Below are positions 25,518 to 38,200 of a DNA stretch of 64,000 bases, one piece after another. The stretch lies in NCBI GenBank assembly GCA_016748015.1, contig JAAOMT010000258.1:188173-252172 (forward strand), in the 5' to 3' direction. The number at the start of each line of letters is the position of its first letter. Position 1 is the first letter of the stretch. This DNA comes from Geosiphon pyriformis uo1. Taxonomy: Eukaryota > Fungi > Glomeromycota. The notes under the pieces are model-generated. The model saw only the letters and a list, made by a program, of their open reading frames with translations. It made no database searches and was not told the DNA's origin. A program made the position numbers and the translations under genes.

Positions 25518-26756
25518 TTAATTCTGAACGGAAGCAAGTTTTTCATGGGGAAAAAGAGAATACAATGAAGCAGCAGGGCTACGGAAAGGGGTCGTTGGTC
25601 TTGAGCTGTTCAAACTGTAACTTGAGGCTCGAGATCGGAGAGGGATCGAAGTGTTCTTTGCTACCTCTGATACAAATCCAAAAGGATTTATTGGTGGTGG
25701 TGACGTAGATAAATTTGAATGAAAGAATGACGATGGCGTGCTAGAACGAAGAGTTGGGGTCGTTGGTCTTGAGGTGCCAGCACGAATTGGAATGGCAAAT
25801 GTCTTAGGCGTGGAATTGTGAGATAATGGATGGGGATTTTGTGATTGCTCTTCCACCACCTGATTTAAGAAATAAGATGTTACTGGGGATGATGAGATTG
25901 GAGTTGCTGGTCTTGAAATACATGAAATATTTGTCGACGAACGAATCGGAAGGGACATTGCCTTATTCGGAGTTCCTACAGTTGAAGTTAGTGTTGTTGA
26001 AACTCCAGATGCGGGAATTCCAGAGATCGGGATTGTAGAGCCTGGTACTGTAGAGAGACTAGATGGAGTACCAGGTCTCGATGGAAGAGAAGTACAGCTA
26101 GGAGTTCTTGGCAGTAATGGCATTTTAGTAGGTGAAGTAACTCCTGAAGTGGTGGGAATGGGAATGGGGAATTGTTTGAGGTTTGATTTTGAATCTTGAC
26201 GTTTCATGAAAGGGTTTTTCGGTAATCGTGAGCCTGTCGGAATCTTCAGATTTATAGCTCTGATACAATCACTTCTCATTTTTTCAATGATCTTCAAGAT
26301 GCGTTCATAGGCACCATCTTCGTCATTATCATTATCGGATAATTGTACCGGTGACGAAGTTTTCTTTGCTCGATCATTGTCCCCGTTCTCTGAATTATAT
26401 TGAGCTTTTGGCGAATCTTTATTGGACTTTTCGTTTTGTTCTACCTCACCCAAGATTTCTGGTACTAAGGTTTTTACGTTCTTTTGTTCGTTAATATTGA
26501 AAGTGGTAATTGCTGGTAGAGGAGAACTAATAGTCTTCATTTGGGTTATTGTTTCACGTAACTTTTTACATTCTTCGTGTGATATTTTTAATTCAGCTTC
26601 TAATTCGCCAACCCGTTTCTCTAAAGCAGCTGTTGACGCTTTTAACAAATTATTCTCTAACTCGGCCACCCGATACTCCAAGGATAATATTCTCTTTATT
26701 TCTTTTTCATCTGAAGGTGGTAGTGAAGCTGACTCTTCAAAAATTGTGTGCACCAT
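25518..26756 (-). CDS. Hypothetical protein, 412 aa: N-terminal coiled coil plus basic Ser/Pro/Thr-rich disordered tail
   Basis: Long uninterrupted ATG-TAA ORF in CpG-retaining DNA; heptad-like LEYRVAELENNL..LEKRVGELEAEL; four SRPxTP motifs. Confidence 0.88.
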   Translation of the reverse strand: MVHTIFEESASLPPSDEKEIKRILSLEYRVAELENNLLKASTAALEKRVGELEAELKISHEECKKLRETITQMKTISSPLPAITTFNINEQKNVKTLVPEILGEVEQNEKSNKDSPKAQYNSENGDNDRAKKTSSPVQLSDNDNDEDGAYERILKIIEKMRSDCIRAINLKIPTGSRLPKNPFMKRQDSKSNLKQFPIPIPTTSGVTSPTKMPLLPRTPSCTSLPSRPGTPSSLSTVPGSTIPISGIPASGVSTTLTSTVGTPNKAMSLPIRSSTNISCISRPATPISSSPVTSYFLNQVVEEQSQNPHPLSHNSTPKTFAIPIRAGTSRPTTPTLRSSTPSSFFHSNLSTSPPPINPFGFVSEVAKNTSIPLRSRASSYSLNSSRPTTPFRSPAASLYSLFPHEKLASVQN

Positions 26757-28470
26757 TGTGAGATAAGAGCAGTTTTTTTTTAAATTTTTTCCGTGAATGA
26801 CTGTTAAAAAAGTTTATATACAAGAAAGAGGAAGAAAAGGTTTAAAGGGGTGCACTTGAAAATAAATATAATCTATATTTTAAATTGAATAAATAAGGTG
26901 ATTTTATTACTATCGAGGAAAAATAAGTTACAGTGCCAAGGTGCACTACACATGATATTTCTCTTAAAAAACAAGGAGATATAAAATTGGGAAAGTCGGG
27001 AGCGAAAGGCTCTACATCAAATGAAAATTTTAGGGTAGAAATTTTTTAGTGCCCGATTTATGGGGACGTCACAAGATCCATAAAATCTGCTTTTTTCTGC
27101 AATATATTGATGGATTGGGTAGAAACTCCGTTTAAAAAAAGAATATGTTTGGCATTCTGTTTGATAAAACTCTATCATTCATCCTGATCTAATTATTGAA
27201 ATATTCTCCACTTGCATATTTTTTAGCCAATTTCAAATACTCAACAGAATCTTCGAATGGAATGAATTTGTTGAACATGAATTTTATCTATCGATTGGAG
27301 CATCAATAAACACTCTTCAAATTACTGACGAACTTAGAATTAGAAGTGGAAGTCAAAGGTGTCAGTTTAACTCATGTTTTCAAAACGAATGATAAACTAT
27401 AAATTTCACCATCTATAGGGTTTGATTCAGAGGGAACAATTCTTTAGTCCTAAGTATATGTGCAACATTTGATAGAACATTTATTATGTTGCCCTTCACT
27501 TGTTGTCAACCTCTAAGCAAGATAACGACAAAACACTGATAACAACTTAGGTTATCACCCGGAGCCTTCAAAAAAGAAAAGAAGTAACAATAATAAATAA
27601 AGTTGACAACAAACAAGTATCCTCTACAACTATTACTGAAGTCAAAGGATTACAACTAACTGTAACCATCTTAAAAGAATTTGAATTTTTCCAAGTTTTA
27701 GGCTTTTGGAGATGGTATAAGGTCCGCAATTGATTGATTTTGGTAATTCCAGATAATTATGAATTGATGTTTTGGGTATATAGCTTTTAAATAAAAACAA
27801 GGAACTGTTTAAGTTTGCTTTACTATATTCATATAGATATAAATTGTGGTCAAGATTAATAACTGCAAATGAGGTAGCCATATCTATGGTGACAACGAAA
27901 AGAAAAAAGAGGAGATACCATCTAAACCTCTAAAAGCACAAACAAAAACAGAACATAATAGAAAAGACTTGTACAACAAAAAATTAGTTTTATTCTTTTC
28001 CTCACTGAGGATGTTGTTACGCGTATAACGTATATAATAACCCTTATGTTCTTCATCTCTATACAAACCAAGCTTGGATTACAATCATTTCAAGCAATTC
28101 TTCAAAATAATCTCGACCCTCCTAAGGGGCACAAAAAACGTGATTCTGGATACTTTATGTGTTCAGGTAATAATAGAAGTCATTTATATAACGCTATGAC
28201 TTGAAAAACCTTTATTAAGATGGCACGTTTACATCCCACCAACTCAGAATACCTTACTAAAAACCTGTACAATTTTGACTCAGTGAAAAGTGGAAAAACA
28301 ACTAGAAAAGATTTTTGTACCCTTACACAACACCTTGTTTCTAATGTTACTTAAAATAGTAAAAAAAGTATTAAAAGAAATATATGTTCTTTGTATTTTG
28401 GACCATAAACCAACATATAAAAATTTTTTATAAAAAAACACAAACTTTTTATTCAACAAAAATTGTGTTA

Positions 28471-28494
28471 AATAATAATAATAATAATAATAAT
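28471..28494. repeat. (AAT)8 microsatellite
   Basis: Direct reading. Confidence 0.85.
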
Positions 28495-29284
28495 ATTGTT
28501 AATTGTTAACAATAAATAATATTAATTATAAAAAATGAAAATAATTTTATAATTTATATTTAAATATTTTTAAAGCAAATATTTTAAGTAAAAATAATTG
28601 TTTAAATAGTTGTAATCAATTTTATACATATTTCTAATTTCAAAAAATATATATATTTAATTGTAATAATATTTATTTGTTATATTTGCAGTTCTAATTT
28701 TAATGTTATAAATTATTAATAACAAAGTAATAAGTAATCATAAATGCTATTTTTAATATATTCTACTAAGAAGGTAATGGCATCAAAACATATGCTTTTT
28801 AGATCTTTATATATTTGCATTTTTTTGGGTTCATTGGAATCGTGACGTAATTGCTGCCCATAAACTCTACTCACCATACCATTTAGGAGAGAACCCCTTT
28901 GTTTATCTGGATACAAAAGGGGTAGAATAGTATAATGCTTTTGCTTTTGGATAGTCACATGAAATCAATCCTAAAAAAAAAATTTCTTAGCCACTTTTGA
29001 AAGCCACTCGGAGCACGAATTGCATTTTCAGGTAGAAGCCAAATTCGCATTTATGGCGAATTCAATCATTAATCTCCGACTTGGAGAAACTTTATCAAAA
29101 TAATATATCATGAGGTTCCATATTATCTATATTTATAGATGAAGCTAAGCAAATTTGTTCACATGTTGTATTAGTGTCATTTGGCTGATGCACATGCCTT
29201 CCTGCGACAAAGGATTGACGACCACATTGAACTCTCTTTGACTCCTTAATCTTTGAATTCTCTTTTTACACCTTCAAACCCAAA

Positions 29285-30573
29285 ATGCAACCCGATTACG
29301 AAGAAGGTTCAACGCCCCCACCACCTTATACCCCTATTGACAACTTAAACAGTTCAAGCAACATCATTTCTCCAAATATTATTCAACCACATCAATTTGG
29401 CAATATCCCTTTAAATACTGTAAGTTACTCTTTGGGATAGTTTATCGATGAGCAGGGATCTTATTGTGCTTTGTGAAATACTTACTAACACATTCTTCGA
29501 ACGGATGACTTTGTTTTTGGACGATATAAAACGTCAACTTAAAACAACAATCTCTCGTCAATTCTTGCTTTGACATTTTCCAATGTCAATAAGAGTGCAC
29601 AATATCATTCCCAAGACCCTTATCCAGCTACAGTTATTCCTGGAGACCCTGATTTTCGACTTGCACAAAAACTTCAAGATCAGGAATACACTATGTGGAT
29701 AGATCAAAATCAAATAGAAGAGCATTTTAATCCTTCTCGTGGAACTGCTGGGGAATCATCGGCCTTCAATCCAGCACGTCCAAGAATATCGATGCCTCCA
29801 ATACCCGAACATTACCCATGTAATTATCATCCCCAATATCAGAATGCTATTCCCTCTTCTCGACAACAGTATCCGATCGTATACGCCTCTCCAAACCAGC
29901 CTCCATTGCCATACTCTCAGACTGCGCCTTATGGCTCCAGCACTGGCCTAACTTCTGATTCGGTTGACCTTCATTCTTCTTATTATGGAAGCTTGACACA
30001 AGGTAAATAAATCAACTTAAAAATTAATTAAGGTTTTCTCTAATTAAATTGCGAAATACCCCAAGTCACTGATTCTCTTATATTAATTATGAATTTTGAT
30101 ATGGGATCAGCCAATGTAGGGGGTAGTTATTCTTCAACAAACCATCCATTTAACAATGCACCCTATCATCAACACTTTCAGCAACAACAGTCTTCGGCTT
30201 TTCGTTCTGAAGAAGAGGAAGACTATGCACCAGGATGTCTAGCTGGACTGTATGAACGTTCCTTTTCTATATTTTTAATCTTTTTAGTACTTTGTTTCGT
30301 GTCCCTATGCACCGGTCAATTCGTACCCCAGTAAACTACCATGTTTGGGAATGCGATCAGGGGTATGTTTATGCGTGTATGGGGGTTTGAATTGGAATTT
30401 TGACTGGTAGGGTGACCAGAGGTTTATTTTTTTGTTGCTCGTCGATTTCTGACATTACTCTTTTTTCCACTTGTTCCATTTTCTCTTTTGCTAATTTACT
30501 TGATCCCCAAAAACATAGCCCGTGTGCCTCTTTCTTGTGCTGTATTTGCACTCTATGCGAATTGAAGGAGTAA
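29285..30573 (+). CDS. CYSTM-like Pro/Gln/Tyr-rich protein with a C-terminal cysteine-rich membrane module (4 exons)
   Basis: Exons 29285-29419, 29594-30002, 30066-30249 and 30519-30573 join in frame via GT-AG introns; MQPDYEEGSTPPPPY... ends EEEEDYAPGCLAGLPCASFLCCICTLCELKE*. Confidence 0.78.
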
Positions 30574-32858
30574 ATAAGAGGGAGGAAGCGAATTTTCATG
30601 ATTTCTTAGTTTCCTCCTTATTCTTATGTCATTTTTCGTGAGATCAGAGATATTACCGCTTTAATGATTTTTAATGTCTAAAAGTATCGCGAAATAATTT
30701 CCAATTGCCCCTATTTTTCAAATTGTACATATATATTACGCATACAATATACAGAAAACTGGAAAAGACGAAAATTAAATTTAGACAGCAAACGTAAACT
30801 GTTGTCTACATTTAACAAAAACCAATGGAAATTTTCAAAGGATCAATATCTATGATTCAATCCAGATTGAGTTCGCCGCCACTAAGCCATCCTCGGATTC
30901 TGCGGTTTTTGTGTAATGATGCGCCATTCAGTTAACATTAGTTGATTAAGCTATGCAAGAGATCATGAAAACTACAATTTAGCCGTTCCTTGTTGATTAC
31001 ACAAGCACGGTGAACTTCTTAATTTAGCTCTTTCCTCGAGCTTCTGCCAATTTATCATGTTAATGGCTATTGAACATACAAAGAATGTTCCCAGAATCGC
31101 ATTTTCAATATCATCATCGAACTTGATGATCGGCAAAACAAGAAATTCGAAGAGGGCTTTGCTTATTTATTTGTCTGTAGTTGTTTTAATACAGTAAGAT
31201 TCTGCGTACCATATCGGTCCCTGATAAAAAAATTAACTTTCAGATAATGCAAGGTGGACTAAAAACAGCAGACTAAATGTGTTGTCTCCGAACACAACTT
31301 TGGCAACAAAGTGGCCGGAGGATTGTGAACAAATTTGGCGCGTTTTTTCAATCGAATACTTAACCAATTTAGATGTTGCAACCAATACATTGCATCAATT
31401 GGCTTTTGAAGAGAATTTTGTCAAATTAGCAACTTTTATGCTGCGCATAAAATTTTTTGATCTTTAGAGCCCTCCGTATTTTTTCAATGGAAGAATTTAT
31501 CAATTCAACGGGCGTGAGGTTTCTACATGCTTAATCTTTATAATTAAAATATCGGAAATTTTATTTTTGGCTGTTCTAAAGTTCAGGGGTTCTTAATAGT
31601 ATAAAAAATTTTGGCTGGCGGTTTGAAATTGGAAGTTTTTGAAAATGTTAAAAGTAAAATTAGGAGTTTTACTAATTAAATCAAAATTGAATATGTAATC
31701 AAAATTTCCAGATCTTTGGAATTTGAAAGTAAGAATAAAAAGTTGTGCTTATACACTGAAATTTTTCAATTATAAATTATAAACAATTAAGCATGAAATT
31801 TTTTTAATAAATACGCTTTTTATTAAAAATTTAAGGTAAATATAAAAAATAGTATTATAGTATATAATATATGTAATATGATTTAAAAAAATTTTAAATT
31901 TTAAATTATAAATTTCTTTTTTTAATAACTATTGTTATAAATATGTTAATATTAATAAAATGATATTATAACATTAAAAAACTTTTATATATACATAATT
32001 TGTATTGAAAATCTTAACCTTCAAAAAAAGGTTCCAATTGCTTCATAAAAGAAACAACAATTTGAATTGTTTTATTTTATTTTATGTTATTTTATTTTGT
32101 ATACATAGTGTGTAATCCAACCATCAACAACGCAATTTTCGTGGATCGCTCAACAAGTTACACGTGATCAGCTATCTGTTTAATATATTTATGATTATTA
32201 AATTAAAAACATAATTAATTAATAATGTTGATTAATAATCCAATTATTATTTACATAACAATAGGAAGTATTATGTAATATATGTAACCAACTATCTAAA
32301 CTTATATCAAAATTATCTTGAATTAAGTATTTCAAAATTTTATATTTTAATTTTTTTATTAAAACTTTCTTATCTCAAAAAAAGCCATTTAACTAAACTT
32401 TATTAATTTTAATAATATTACTTTGCAGTTTACTTGATTAAATAATTTAATATAATTTTTTTTATCAAATTTAATATTACTTATTAGTATACTTTTAAAC
32501 TTGGCTATTTTATTGAAAAATAATTTTATATATTACTAAAGCAAACATAATTTTTTTAAGTATTTAGTTGAAATTTAATTACAATAAAATAAAACACAAT
32601 GAATTAAAAAATAACTTAGAAATAATTATAATTGTAATTTAAACAAATTAAATTTTTTCAAAAATAATTTTTGTTTATAAATTATTTATTAATATATGTA
32701 TATAATTTTTTAAACAGATCTTATTTGTATATTAAAAAATATATCTTTAATGTTTTTTGTTAAAGTTATTTTTTAAAAAATTGTAACTAATTTAAATTAA
32801 ATAAAAATAAAAAATAATTAAAATAATTAAAAATAAATTTAAGATAAATTAATTATTA

Positions 32859-35124
32859 TTTTTTATTAAAGTTTTAATAAGTATGATCTAATTACTATTT
32901 AAAAATTAGGAACAAATTAAGTATTCCAGAACTAAATATGATTCATGTACTTTCTATATATAATCAGCTATTCAAGTCAGTTTAAACTATACTATATTGA
33001 TATATTAAAAAAAACTTATCTAGAAATAACATTTTTTGAATAACATCAAACAAAGTAATGCTACAAAGAACCAATTCAACCAGTTATTTAGCCATCTTTA
33101 AGGAATCAGTTTTAATACTAATAGACTTATGTTTCTAAAGAGACATCAAATTAGAAAATGTTATATCATTTAGGCTAATTAAACATTCTAAATTACTAAA
33201 CATATTAACATTTTCTATACAATACTTTTTTTTTAAAAAAGCACTTTTTTCTTCAACTTAGCAACAACTTTGCTAAAAAAATCCATATGCACTAAAATCT
33301 TATTGATCTTAAAACTAAGTGAGTTACTAAAAACCAAATCTTCATTAATAAATTGTTTAAATACTTTGACCAAAGAACCAATTAGTTTAACAATAAACTT
33401 AACTAAAACAGAAAGCTTGGCCAAATTAAACTTAAAAGAAACCAACTGAAAGATTACTAAAAAATTACCAACAGCCACAGAAGGAGAAGTAGAAGCAACC
33501 AAAAAAAGAAATTCAGAAGAGTTTGAAAAAGCAGAGACTTTAGCATAAGAAGTTCCATTTACAATATAAGATTTAAACATCTTAAAAATCTTGAAAGAGA
33601 AAAGTGAAAAAACTTTACAGTCTACAGCCAAATGGCCCAAATTTTAACACCTAAAACAGCATTAACATCTAAAAGTTTTTCACCAAATATGGCACTTTTT
33701 CAATGTACTAGTCTTAACTACAGCAGAATTTAAATCAACTTAAGACTAAAGCAAACCAGAAACAACAACCAGAATTAGAAAAATGAGAAATGAAACAAGT
33801 TTGGCTACCAACTTAAAAAACCATATTACTGATTTCAAAAGTAGTACAGCCAGAAAAAAAATTGACCAACTTGGCCTTAAAACTATTATAAAACAAAATT
33901 GTTTCTCTCTGATTTATAAGGAGAAAGATCCATATACTATCTTTGTTTACCAAAATTAACCAGTAATTGAGAACAGAAGCAGTAGTATCTAAATCCTTAA
34001 AGTACACAACTATATATTGCCAAACACTAGCAGACTTTAGCATAACACAAAACATCTTACCAAAAACACCAAAAGCTGACTTAATGTCAACAGCAAACAC
34101 ATCTAAAAGCATATCATGTAGTATAACAGCAGCAAAAAAAAAATCAGACTCAGAAACCACCAAAGACTTGGCAATTTTAAGAGTAACAAGACAAATAAAA
34201 CTTGTAAGCTCAACCAAAAAAACAGCATCTAAAGAACTCTGAAAAGCAAATTCTATATAAAAAAGTTTTATATTATCTTTTAATACCAACTTTGCACTCA
34301 AGAAATTATGTATAGACTGAAAAACAGCCTTAATATAAGCCAATTTGATTTTGAAAGTAGTACCAGATACCAGAATAAAAACCATCTACCCAGTAAACTT
34401 TTAACAACTAGCAATGGTCTCTTAAGCATTATTAATAGCAGTACTAAAAACCAAAAAAAAAGATAAATCAGTTTTTATTTGGTTAGCCCAATTCTTAAGA
34501 ACAGATAATATTACAGGAAATAGTTATTTTGTTTCTAAAACCAGTAATGATCTGTTGGAAAACACCATATTTGGCAACACAACCAGTGATTAATTTTGGC
34601 CCATCTTAGATGATATGCCAGATAATGTTATAGAGATTTCATCTAAGATTTCATTGGGAACCACAAAGTAATTTGGTATAATAATAGCAAAGATATATAA
34701 CTGTCTCCACTTTTTTAAACTTTTGGTCTTTTTGACTATTTTTTTTAAAAAAGTAATACTGGCAGCACTAGGTGTTGAAGTTATAAAAGAGAAAACCAAC
34801 TTGTTTACTAATCTATTATTAAAAACTTTTGGGCTCTTAGTTGGGGTAGAGACAATACTAGGACTAATCCAAGTGTGTCTTTTTGAAAAAACTTTAACTG
34901 ATAAAAAACCAGCCAAAGATGAGAAAGTTGTTTTAGTAATTATTAAAGACAGCTTTTTACAATTATTAGGTAAAAAAAAACTTTTAAAATATTTTGTTTA
35001 GTTGCTTCTACAACAGAAAAAGCTCCTTTGGCTAAAATTTTATTAAATATTTTAGAAAAGATATTAGGTACAGCCTTTTTACTTTTCGCTTTAGTCATGG
35101 TTATAAAATTAAAAAGACAAAAAG
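32859..35124 (-). mobile_element. ORF1-only non-autonomous LINE-like element (HAL1-like), copy 1
   Basis: Short pyrimidine-rich leader, ATG at 35,098 (MTKAKSKK), RRM-like blocks, CCHC CFRC*NLGHLAVDC, no ORF2, LINE-type 3' motif (about 32,930-32,975), A-rich tail; homologous to 58,144-60,410. Confidence 0.85.
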
Positions 35125-35271
35125 TTTTTTTTTTATTTATTTATTTATTAATGTTTAATGAGTGAGGCCCAAAAGCCACCTAGTCCAATACATCAAACTA
35201 AGCGATTTAAACTAGGTGCTAATCATGCACTTTTTACATGTAACCAGCCACTCAGACCAATCAAAACAACA

Positions 35272-38200
35272 CTATGAATCTATTAGAACAGAAACCACAC
35301 CATTTATACCAGAAAAAAAGCAGCTATGTTTATGAAAACCAAAACAGACACCAACCGCCTCGGAAATCCCAAGCAATCTAATCATCCCAGCAGAAAACAT
35401 GCATGACAAACCATGAGTCATAGAATACACAGAACCATCAAGTGGAATTAAACCACCTTTTTCTATCAAAGCTCTATATTTAGCTCTAACCACTCAAATA
35501 TCTAAGTGGTGAGCAGCACCCAATTCTTAAACAAAATTAACAATAAACCTTTCTGCAACCTTGGTATCACCTAAAATAGACGAAGCTTCCTAAACCCAAT
35601 CCCTGAACACAAAACTTTTGCTCATGGAAGTATACAACACATCATCAGATATGCACAGAAAGAACACCTGTGAAACACGAGACAAACACAAGCCCACTCC
35701 AGAAACACTTTGCCACTTGGCCAGATAAGACTTAAGAATGCTCTTATGAGCATTAGAATCAAACATGCAAACAAAGGAATAGTCAAAACTTTCCACCTCA
35801 CCACAATGCAGACACAAGACACTTGGGTAGATCTTATTATACAGACGTTTTCACACAGCAACTAGGAGATGGCAGTAGAAAGTCTTTAAAAAATAAGAGT
35901 ACAAACCAGCCATAGATTTACTGATAAAGCTAGCTGCCATATGGGAGTCAGGATGCCACACTGAAGCAGTGTGAAACCAGTTCACATTACCAAGCAAACT
36001 GTCATCAACAACATTAAAACCAGAACCAACCTCCCAGTGAGTCTGATTAATAGCCCTGAAAATCTCACAAGCAAAATGACGAACATTCTCAGACACTGCC
36101 TTCTCGGTAGCCATGATAAATCTCTCTCTAACCAAAACAGAAAGCACCAAAGAAGAGCTTACAGCTAGACCAGCCAACTTATCAGCATGCTCATTATCTA
36201 CAACACCTAAATGTCCTTTTACCTTATGCCAAGAAACAACAAGCTGCTTATCCCTAATTAAATTGACAATGCCACACTGTTCCATCCAACAGTGGTTGCA
36301 GAAATCTAGAGACACCAGAGCAGATTCAGCCACACATGCATCCAATGCAGCCTGACTGTTTGAATAAACCACCACAGAACTGTCAGGGGGAACACACTCT
36401 AATGCCAAAGCAATCACCTGCAGTTCCACCATAGTCAAAGATACCAATTCACCAACCTTAGCACCAATACTCATGTTCAGATTCGAGAAATAAGCAGCAG
36501 CACCACATTTCATTTCACGTGAACCCAAATCTCTCAATGATCTATCAGTGTAGACATTAACTACTTTCATATTCGCTGAAGAGAGACAATGGCTCAATTC
36601 GAAAACTGCACCCAAACTGCAAACATTCATATCCCATGAATCTTCAATGTGTAAATCATCAGAAGTAGAAGATCAATCCAAAAAGTCACAAATCAAAGTA
36701 AACCAATGAGAGACAGGGCCCCTTGGATCAAGTCTCTTCCAATGACAAAAGCTTTTTCAATCAAAAATTAAACTCTTTTTGGTATATAACTGCTCAACAA
36801 AGGCGACCTCAAACTTTCTAAGAGACAAAGAGACATCATAAAACAAAGAAGCACCTAGGACTGCAGATATTGGTGTCTCACCAGAAAATCAGAATGCAAA
36901 AACAGAGAGATTGCCAAGAGACATGCTACAGTCCAAAAAAATTCTAATGACTTCTGCCAAAAAATTATTGACCGGACTAACACACAACCTAATTGGATAA
37001 CATAGAGGGTGAATAGGTGACCAACCCAAGACTTGAAGATCCAGAGATCTATGATTGAACAAATGACCAAGAATACCATCAGCATTTGAGAAACACAACA
37101 CAGAAGCCATCTTGCATTCAGTTTGCAACTGCTCAAAAGATCTTAAACCATACAAAGAAAGATGATGAAGGGCCTCATTGGGAAAGTCTCTTAGAAGACC
37201 AGCTTTAAGCCTCAACCCCCTTCTGATCAATGTATCCCACTTCATACACACATTTCTGGAGACAAAGCTGAACTGAGTCCTGTAATTGTTAATCAATTGT
37301 AATACAGCTGATACTAAATAAAGAAACTGCTTGTCCGAAATAGCTTTCTTGAGAACCAAATTAACAAAAAACTTGACATTCATGTGTGCCTTAGCCAAGC
37401 TCAGTTTGGACAACCCCTCAGATGACAAATAAATGCCAAGGTATTGATGAGACTCCTTTCTGTAAGCAATTGAAATCAGCAGACCACTAATTGACAATAA
37501 AGCATTACTAATCTTCTGATTGATAAGAATAGCTACAGTTTTTTCATTATTGATAGAAATGTTGTTTATCCTGAAAAATTTACTCGCTGTGTTCAGGATA
37601 TACTGAGTGGCAGTCTGACTGCTTCTCACCCAAATAGTATCATCCATGAACACATTAGCAGCCAGAAAAAAAGTCAAACTGCCTTGGTTTTCTATTCTGT
37701 CAGTCTTAGCTACAAATTTAGTATCAATTCAGTAACCACACAAACTTTCTTGTCTCTTGACCTTACACAAAAGAGGGTCGTAAAAAATCCTTCACAGTAA
37801 AGGAGAGAAAACCTCACACTGATCAAGACCATCATGCACTTGGTAGTCATCCATTAGACCAAAATTAGTCATAACCCAGTTAACGTGGTCATTATGAATT
37901 AAACCAAAGCTCATGATCCTTCTCCAAAACATCTTTAACAACTGAACCAATGGCAAAAATAGGAGACTGAGCGATCGTTCTTTTAAGCACTGAAAAATTG
38001 TCCCCATGAAGTATGTTGAATAGACTGCATGCTGAAGAAATTCTGTCAGACAACAACTTAGAAAAAATCTTATGGGCAGTCTCAATTAAAGCAATTGGCT
38101 TAGTATTTGTTAAGACACTCTTCTATTCATAAGGCTTGGGAATCATTGACATCCAAGCTTCCTTCCAACAATAGGGAATTGACTCACATGCCAAACAAAT

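Noticed and set aside
25826-26766. Plus-strand ORFs overlapping the 412-aa gene
   Set aside because: Antisense shadows of the real CDS
31279-31467. 62-aa ORF (also 27,642-28,066 and 28,716-28,958)
   Set aside because: Short, no motif, no supporting exon structure
32140-32180. CACGTG box beside AT-rich DNA as a point-centromere CDEI
   Set aside because: Single hexamer, no CDEIII-like element; not expected in this lineage
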